NCBI GenBank assembly: GCA_000165425.1
Contig: CT868274.1
Span: 434,001-498,000 of the forward strand
From: Paramecium tetraurelia
Taxonomy: Eukaryota
Reading direction: 5' to 3'
Length of the DNA: 64,000 nucleotides
Each line of letters begins with the position of its first letter. The first letter of the stretch is position 1. A model generated the notes under the pieces. That model saw nothing but the letters and a program-made list of their open reading frames with translations. It made no database searches and had not been told where the DNA came from. This document shows, one piece after another, positions 52,933 to 64,000 of this stretch. The position numbers were made by a program, and so were the translations under genes.

Positions 52933-53825
52933 TCAAAATGATCTGAAATTCTTATCTATTTTTATGCATGCATCTTCTAACAATTTTAGTAATGCTTCAG
53001 TTGTTGCTTCTCTTTCCCTTCTTTCAAAATTAATATCTTATTGTAATTTGCCATGCACATCTTCAATCATTCTGAATATTTTTCCTTGAGTCTCCTCTCT
53101 TACTTTCTTTTCAACAAGCAATTAATCTGAGAATTTATTAATTTCGCTATCAATTTATTCAGATAATGATTCAGCTGATTCCTCCCTATATTTATATGGA
53201 TTCTAAAGTACCTTGATCTTCTTTCTTAATCTAATTAATTTTTAACAACCTAGATTTGTTAAAGAACCTCTCCAATTTTAGCCTAGCTTCTGTCTTCATA
53301 TTAATGAGTGTTTCTGGTGATAGTTAAAGTGATCTAGGCAAAACGCTCGTCGATTTGCTTCTATAACTTTGTCTCGCCTTATCCTCTAATATTTCTTTCT
53401 TATTCGAAGGAGAGTGCAATGTTATCTGATAATGTTCTAAAATCTTTCTCCTTTTTGTCGTCAAATGCCTAGAGAATATGGTTTCAATCATATACTTCTC
53501 TATCCGATTTTTAATTGTGTGCTTAATCTTATAATTTCAAGACTGAATCCTTAATGACTTTGAATTTTTATTCATCTTTTGGTTTTTCAGATGCAAGTAC
53601 GTCTTCAATTATTTTGATTCGTTCTTCCAATACTTCTCTTTTTTCTAGCTTATCTTTGTCAATTCCATTTTGAATGTGATTCCATTTATCTGAGAGCAAT
53701 TTAATTCTCTGTCTAGATGGGGAATCAAGATCTTAACTCAAATAGTTGATGGTGGATCTCTAAGGACTTGATAATTGAGATTTAGTAAGTTTGGAAGTCG
53801 TTAATTTTGATGTTGAAAGTAGCAT
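52933..53825 (-). CDS. SF-assemblin/beta-giardin family striated rootlet protein
   Basis: S/T-rich head with SP motifs, coiled coil with EKKVREETQ..ERREREATTEALLKLLEDACIKI. Confidence 0.8.
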
Positions 53826-53907
53826 ATGATATTTTTAATTAATTTTATTTACGATTTATCAATTGTAACTTTACCCCTATAAAATGTTAATAATATATAA
53901 TAATTAA

Positions 53908-55595
53908 ATGAATCAAAGTTAAACGATTTCAACTCTAAACACCTCCATTCAAAAAGCCAAATCTGATTTCCAACAAATCACAACTTAAAACAGGTATACA
54001 TTACTCTTGAACTAGATCTCTCATCTCACAAATGAAAATTGATAATTCCGAATATACAGATTAATTGATCAATCAAAAATAAAAAAATACAGTCGTAGAT
54101 ACTTAACTAGCTTTGAGTGTGATTAAGGCTTAAGAGGAGTGTGCTTTGATCGCTTAAAAAATTGAGATAGAAACCAAGAAGAAGGTATAAAATCACTTAT
54201 TGTTTTTAGTAAGACTTGGAAAATCTAGTGAACGCAATGAAAACAAGTGCAAAGGACATCTCAAAAATAGAAAATACAAATTCTGGCAGTGAGTTAACTT
54301 AGGTGTAGAAAGTAAAACAGACATTTATAGTGATAGGCAGTTCGAGATGCAGAATTGAAACTGTAATAGATTCACATTAAACACAATGAGTAATTAGCAG
54401 AAGTAGAAGCAGAAAAAGAATAATTGAATCTCAGCAGAAGGGAAAGAGTCATTTATTCAACTGTGTTTAAAGGAATTGAAAAAGATGCTATTTTTAAATA
54501 AAGAGAATATTAAAATTGTATAAGATAAAACGAATTACTCAAAGAGGAGGTAACACACAATCATATTAAATTTAGTAAAAATTTCTACAGGATTAATTGA
54601 AATTAATTAAGGAATTAGCTGATAAGGAGCAAAACAAATTCCAACAAGAATATGAGGCCTTATTCAAACCTTAAAAAGATGAGCAATAGGAACAATAAAG
54701 CATGGCTTCAGATCAAAAATCTTAAGTTTAAGGCCCTTATCTAACAGAATAAGGGGATTAATCAAAACCAATACTAAAAGAAAGAAGTGAATCATAATAG
54801 GAATAGAAAGATGTTGCTTAGTAAGTACTTGAATATGAGGCTTAATTTAATAAACTGTATTTGGAAACAGGGTTCAACAATGTTGAAGCCATACTGAAAT
54901 AATATTATAATTAAGAAATTTGGATTGATGAAATCTATAAGGAAATCAATGAGATTAATTAAGAAGTATTAATATTATTATCCTTAAGATTGAACAAACT
55001 GAATAAAAGAATGAGAAAATTTAGTAATATTTATAAAGGTTTAAATAAATGGCAAAGGCTCCAATCAAAGAATAAGTAAATTCAGAAGATTCTAAGATTG
55101 AAAGAATTTCAAGAGGCATAGACTAAAATAAAAAACAAATAGCTTAAATTTAGTAACAGTATATGAGGATTCAAGAATAAATAGGAGTCGAAATCATAAA
55201 TAGTGATGATGATGAGACTACCCTTTTGCCAAAAATAGAACAATTAGAAAAGATAATAGACAATATTTTATTAGTTTCAAATCAATATGTTCCAAAATAG
55301 GATCAAAAGAAACAAAAGAAAGGAACAGTTAAGTTTGAAGATGATAGGAGTGAAGTATCAGGAACTAAATAACAAACAGAATTAAAATCTTTAACTGATC
55401 ACTAATTAGAATTAGACATTATTTTGACAGAGGGTAAATATCATTTAAAATTTTATAGTTGAGAAGAAAAAGACTTTGGCTGAATCAAGGCATACAAAGG
55501 AAGAATTATCAAAAGAAAGTGCTGATTAAATGGTATTTTCATTAAATAAAAAATCAAATTCCAAAAGATCAAAACATCAACAATCCCAATATTGA
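53908..55595 (+). CDS. Coiled-coil protein resembling outer dynein arm docking complex subunit DC2 (ODA1/CCDC114)
   Basis: ELKLQQIHIKHNEQLAE..SRRERVIYSTVFKGIEKD and YEAQFNKLYLETGFNNVEAIL resemble ODA1 motifs. Multiple introns. Confidence 0.6.
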
Positions 55596-55856
55596 AAATA
55601 TTAATTTGCATATATAGATTTCTAAATCATTATTTCTCCCACTTAACAACAATTTAATCAATGTCTTAAATTTTTCATTTTGAACTGTCTCAATTATTTA
55701 ACTTAATTATGTCTTTTACCAGAGGTGTATTATGATACTTTGGTTCTTATGGATAGCAAACTTTTTGGGTGTGATTTTTCTTCCTAATTTATGAATTGTT
55801 ATTCATTATAATTAATATTTATTTTATATACGTTTTTATTTTCAATATAGAGAATA

Positions 55857-57410
55857 ATGAATGCATCGCATACAGAGTTTATAGAAAGCTATATTGATTA
55901 AAGCAATAATTATAGCAAAACGAAACAAATTGATAAAGCAGTATAAAATAATGGAATACATATGAAATAATAATCCATCCTAAGATATCTAGTTTTATTT
56001 TTGTCCATCTGGATAATTATTCCTTCATTTTATTGCTTCGACTAACCAGTGGCAATATATAAAACTCTTTAATAATTGTTTTAAGAAGATTCAACGATAA
56101 ATTTCGACTTGTATTTTGCATCTCTTTACATAATCTATGCCTTTGGGAATGCATTTTTGCCTCTTTTCACAGGAGGAATGAGAGATTGTCATGGAGACAG
56201 AATAATTATGACTTATATAGTAGGTGTAAATATTAATAATTATTATAGTTATTATGATAGTAGGATAACTGACTTTCACAGTAGGAGTTTATTTTAAATC
56301 GTTTTTATTGATGATCTTAGGTAGATTACTTTTAGGTTGGGGTATTGAGTCATTGTTACCATTATGGGCATCTTTTTTGGCCCCCTTTTTTAAGAATAGC
56401 ATTGTAACATTGAATTATGTATATAGTCAATAGTTTTGAGTATTTTACAACTATTTTCATAAATCGGTTTAGTGCTATCTATATATCTAACTCCAATTAT
56501 TTAAAAAAAATACAATTTGATGGCATCCTTAATAAGCGGAATAGCATTCATATTATTTGGCTATATTTTATTATGTCTTGGCTTTTTAATAGATAAGAAG
56601 TTGGAAAACGAAAATTACTTGTCCTCCTATAGACAGCTTCAACCGAGCAGTGACATTATATTAGCAGAAGATACAAAAATTATTTATAAACTCTATTTCT
56701 TTAAATTTAAAGATTTTAAGATTTTCCCATAAATGTTTTGGCTACTTTTAGCTTTTAATTCAGTTTTTTATTGCTCAATAGTCACGCTTGTGAATGTATC
56801 TATGTATGTTATGGCGTCGGTTTTATTTGACATTAATAATCAAATTGAAGAACTAGATATTGCATTATTTTGGATGTTAGGTTGTTTATCACTATTTATT
56901 ATCGGTCCTTTGGTCTAATATTTTACCTATAGAAGGTATTTGATAATAGTTTCTGTTATAATTATCATTATTGGACATATATAATACTTAACCTCACCTC
57001 ATATAGGTCTAATTATTTTAGCAGTTGGCTATTGTTTATCTTTTGTTTGTACTTGGAGTGCAATTATCTACATTATTAAGATGAAATCATTTGGCAAAGC
57101 ATTTGGCCTTACAGTAGGATTTCAAAATTTGATTTTTGTGTTTATGCCTTTCTTGCTGGATATTGTAAATAGAAATATCATGGGAACTTTTAAAGTTTTA
57201 ATATCATTTTCTTTATTTGCTTTAATTATAGCAATTCAGATTCTAGTTGAAGATATAAGATGTTTCAAGTAATATTAATTTTTATTTCATAGCATTTTAG
57301 ATAATAAATTGGCTCCTATGCAATTTGCAAAATTTAATAATGCAAGTAATGAAGAAAATAATAATAATGATACTGATTTATTTGCAGAATACTTAGAAAA
57401 GCCACAATGA
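55857..57410 (+). CDS. Major facilitator superfamily transporter (MFSD1-like)
   Basis: FYCFDQP, NAFLPLFTGGMRD, GRLLLGWGIESL, FGKAFGL, many hydrophobic segments. Confidence 0.85.
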
Positions 57411-57540
57411 GAAATACAATTTATAATTATTAAAAAGTATTAAAATAGACTGAATTTTCTTAGTTTGTAATCGATGTTTTTTCAAAGAAAAAATAGTTAA
57501 TTTATATTAAATCAAATATTATAATATTTATATAGTAGTC

Positions 57541-60322
57541 TCAAATATTTACTTCCTTTAGGGGTCTTACAATAATTTGACTGGATTAGCTGAGTTAACT
57601 TGATTTAGTATTTGTAATATTTTCCTTATATAAGGATGATTTGCGAACCTCAAAACTTGTTGATTCCTAAATTATTTAATAATAGAATTACCTTAACTAC
57701 AGTTGCGTTTCCTCTTTATTTAAATGCGTCAAATTCTGCTTAAACCATCATTAAATCCTCTTATGTCTTATGATAATCCTTATTTAAGACTATGAATTTT
57801 TTCTTCCAAGTTTCAACTTCATTTTAATAATAGGTGATTTTTTCTTCAAATTAAACTACTTCATTTGATTGGATTGACTCATATTCTTTAATTCTTTATT
57901 CAAATTCATTAATTTATTGTTATTTCTTTGCTAGTTCTTCAATAAGTTTATCTAATTTAAATTTAAGTTCTGACTCTGTATCTATTCTAATCTCTAGTTC
58001 CTATTTTAGAGCTTTGTTTTCAACTAATAAGTGATCAACCTTAAATTAATTTTCAGCATTCTCTGACTGAAGATCTGTCAATTATTTTGTTAAGAATGAA
58101 TTTTTCTTTGATAACTCTTCCTCTAATTATTATTAATATTTTAAATCACCAGTCATGCCATCAATTTATTTTGACAAAGTTTCGATCACATGATTTTGTT
58201 CTTCAATAAAAGACTTAAAAGAAAGATTTTCGCTTTCAAATCTAAATAATTTCTCTCTTTGTTATGTCAATGCTTCATTCATTTAAAATTCTATTTTCTT
58301 TTATTGTTCTTCAGCTTAAAGTTCACTTTCTTCAAGCTATTATTTCAATAATTTGATTTCTCTCTAATATTCATCTAACACAGTAGTTTGTTCTTAGATT
58401 AAATCATTCTTTTAGTTGATTTAGAATAACATTCTTTAAATCTCTGAAGATAATAAGGATAACTTTTCTTCGTATTCGTATATCTTTTTCTCTAAATCCT
58501 TAATTGCTTGCTAGGTAGTCTATTTGTATTAATTGAACTTATCTTGTAAATCTTTAAGCTCATTCAACTTTTCTTCATAATCCTTTTATAATCTGGATCT
58601 TATCGTCTATAGTTAAATATTGTTTTAATCAAGTTATTCAATTTGGATTCTTAAATTTGAGTATTCCTCACCAGATTTATATCTTAATGAATTCAATTCA
58701 TTTTATTACTAAGTTATTTATTGTTATAATGAACTTATGACAAGATTCAATTCAGTAATTGTTGATTCTAATGAGTTCTTTTTTTATTATAACTAATTAG
58801 AAGTAATTAATGCATCTTCTATTTCTAATTTTAATTTATGATTCTCATCTTAAAGCTTCATTTTGTATGTATTATATTCACTATATAATTAAGTATATTG
58901 GTTTTTCAAACTTGAGATATCATTTATTTTTTCATCTACTGTGTTCTGCAAGATTGAATTGACATTATTTAATTAATTTAACTCATTTTACAGATCCTCA
59001 TTATTGATTCTAAGCTAATAGTTTTCTTCCTAAAACTTTTTAGTAATCACAGTTAATTCCAATTAATATTAAGACTTATTTTACTCCAACTCATCATTTT
59101 TGGATTAGAGTTCGAAGTTGAAATCTTACTAAATAGAACTTAGCTATTAATTGAGATCCAACTTTAACTTTTCAATTGTTTTATTTAAATCTGTTTATTA
59201 TTATTTTAATTTTGTAATTTGATCTTACAATTTTGCATTTTCTTACTTGGACGTTTCTAATTCACCTTATAAAATATTTCGATATTTTTAAAGATCATCA
59301 GATTCTGCTTAATGATAATCAATTTACTGATTGGCAGAATCCAATCTAAGCATGAGGTTGTCGATTTCCTTATATTATGCTTAAATTGTTGTTTATTGTT
59401 CTTGCAATCTCATTTCTAACAATTAAATGTTACTTCTCAACTATTATAATTGTTGCTCCTTTTATTCCAAAATAAAAGTATATTATTCAATTGCTTGTTT
59501 ATCTTGATTCAAAAGGAATATATTTCTTTCCTACTATTATATGGTTTCCAATTATCTATCCAACTCTGATCTGATAAGAACTACTTGATTACATGCTTCT
59601 TAATATTGTTTTCTCAATTTAGATGAATTATTTTCTAAATTTTCAACGATATTTTCCTTATTAATTAATTCAGAATCTAATTCATTTATTTTTTGGGTCA
59701 ACTATTCTACAAAAGTGTTCTTCTCCAAAATGATCATATTTAACCTTTCCATTTCTGTAGTTAGTAAAGTAATTTAATTTTCATAATTCTCATTATTTGA
59801 TTATTTTTTTAATTACTAAGTCAAGTATTTTACTTAATCATCTGAATGTTAGAATTGGGTCTTGTATTATGTAATTTCTTAAGTAAGGTATTCAATCTCA
59901 GATTTGTGATTAATTTACGATTCTTCATACAATCTCTTAATGTTATCTATCTCACAAGAATATGTATTAGTGTGTTGTCGTTGGCAGATAGATGTGGACT
60001 CTATTTCCTATTGAAGTTCAAAAATTCTTTAATGTAATTACTGGTTCTCTTAAGTCAATTATTCAATATGCTATTCATGTCCTTAGCATCTTTTATCTGT
60101 GCATAGTCTTACTGTTCTTGTCTCAATGACTGGTCTAAATGTAGTTGTTGTTGTTATTGTAGTCTTTGGTCTTGTGGAGTAGGTTGTTATTTTTGTTACT
60201 CTGCTATTCACTGATGAATCAGCTCTTTGATCTCTTATATTTGAGTGAGGGGAACTTACTAATCTAGTTGTTGTGATTGTTGATGTAGGGATAAATTTCG
60301 ATGTGGGAGATTGTGCTCTCAT
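57541..60322 (-). CDS. Large coiled-coil protein with S/T-rich head
   Basis: MRAQSPTSKFIPTSTITTT... followed by more than 700 aa of E/Q/K/L heptads, ends KEVNI*. Confidence 0.85.
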
Positions 60323-60982
60323 TTTTCTTGATGTCGTTAAAATTAAATAAATATATAACAGTTAATGATAATTAAACCACTGAAATAATGAAAAATTTGA
60401 GTAATTTTAATATGGTTAATTTTAATGATATAATTTATTGTTGCATTTCGTGGTTTATTGCTTATTCGTTAAGAAATATAGAGAATTGTAGACTGATTGT
60501 TTAAAGTAAAAATTTGATTCAAAATAACCAGCCACAAATGATTAACATAATAGTAAGGATAAAGAATCAATAAAATAAGTTTTACAATGGTAATTTACTC
60601 ACCATATATACAAAAATAGTTTAATATCTATTTTTTCAACTAATTCAATTGAAAATAATTAATAAAATTAAGAAAAAAATTTTATGGCTCCAAAATTCTT
60701 TGTTATGCTACCATATTAGGAAATTCAAATCTATGATATGGGCTACATCTTAATCATTTCTATGCTCACTTTCTTGAGTCCTTGTTATTTAATATATCTC
60801 AAATTCTCTTCTGAAGAGATAAAAATTATGTTAAGGAAGCTCATAAAATTTATAATTCAACAAAAATTCTTTTAAATACTTTTTTCATTAATGTTTCTCC
60901 CCTGAAATGAGAATTTCAAAGTTCTAAAAATAGTACTTTAATTTATTAAAAGATTACAAAGTCATATACTTCAAATCTAAAG

Positions 60983-64000
<3,018 letters not shown>

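Noticed and set aside
60684..60905. 73-aa hydrophobic ORF upstream of the ATPase
   Set aside because: Its composition matches translated AT-rich intergenic DNA, and there is no other support.

Overview
Gene-dense, very AT-rich ciliate DNA, most likely a Paramecium macronuclear chromosome. Genes read only with translation table 6 (TAA/TAG=Gln, TGA=stop) and carry GT..AG micro-introns of about 21-31 nt, so the supplied ORF track is fragmentary and often wrong-frame. I hand-translated about 35 coding loci. They include a methyltransferase, a tandem CCCH protein, TBP, ribosomal P0, a MORN/IQ protein, a soluble-adenylyl-cyclase/STAND protein, eIF3e, two Cache-like membrane proteins, an NT-C2 protein, a 5-kb Cys-rich surface-antigen-like protein, a cNMP-binding protein, a CRC/tesmin protein, WD40 proteins, a phosphodiesterase, two trichocyst-matrix-like proteins, an ABCG transporter, a HAD phosphatase, SF-assemblin, an ODA docking-complex-like protein, an MFS transporter and a partial P2C ATPase, plus one tRNA-Met. 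The most notable observations are: a cyclase-STAND-PH-SH3-like architecture; a recently duplicated Zn-finger/coiled-coil/ubiquitin-like gene; Cache-HAMP receptors with no output domain; a P2C ATPase missing a conserved ion-binding Asp; a divergent TBP needing an abnormally long intron; a +1 frameshift in P0; a tRNA-Met with mixed elongator/initiator marks; and genes separated by only 8-16 bp. I found no clear self-contained novel system. All family calls come from manual translation and motif recall, with no database search.
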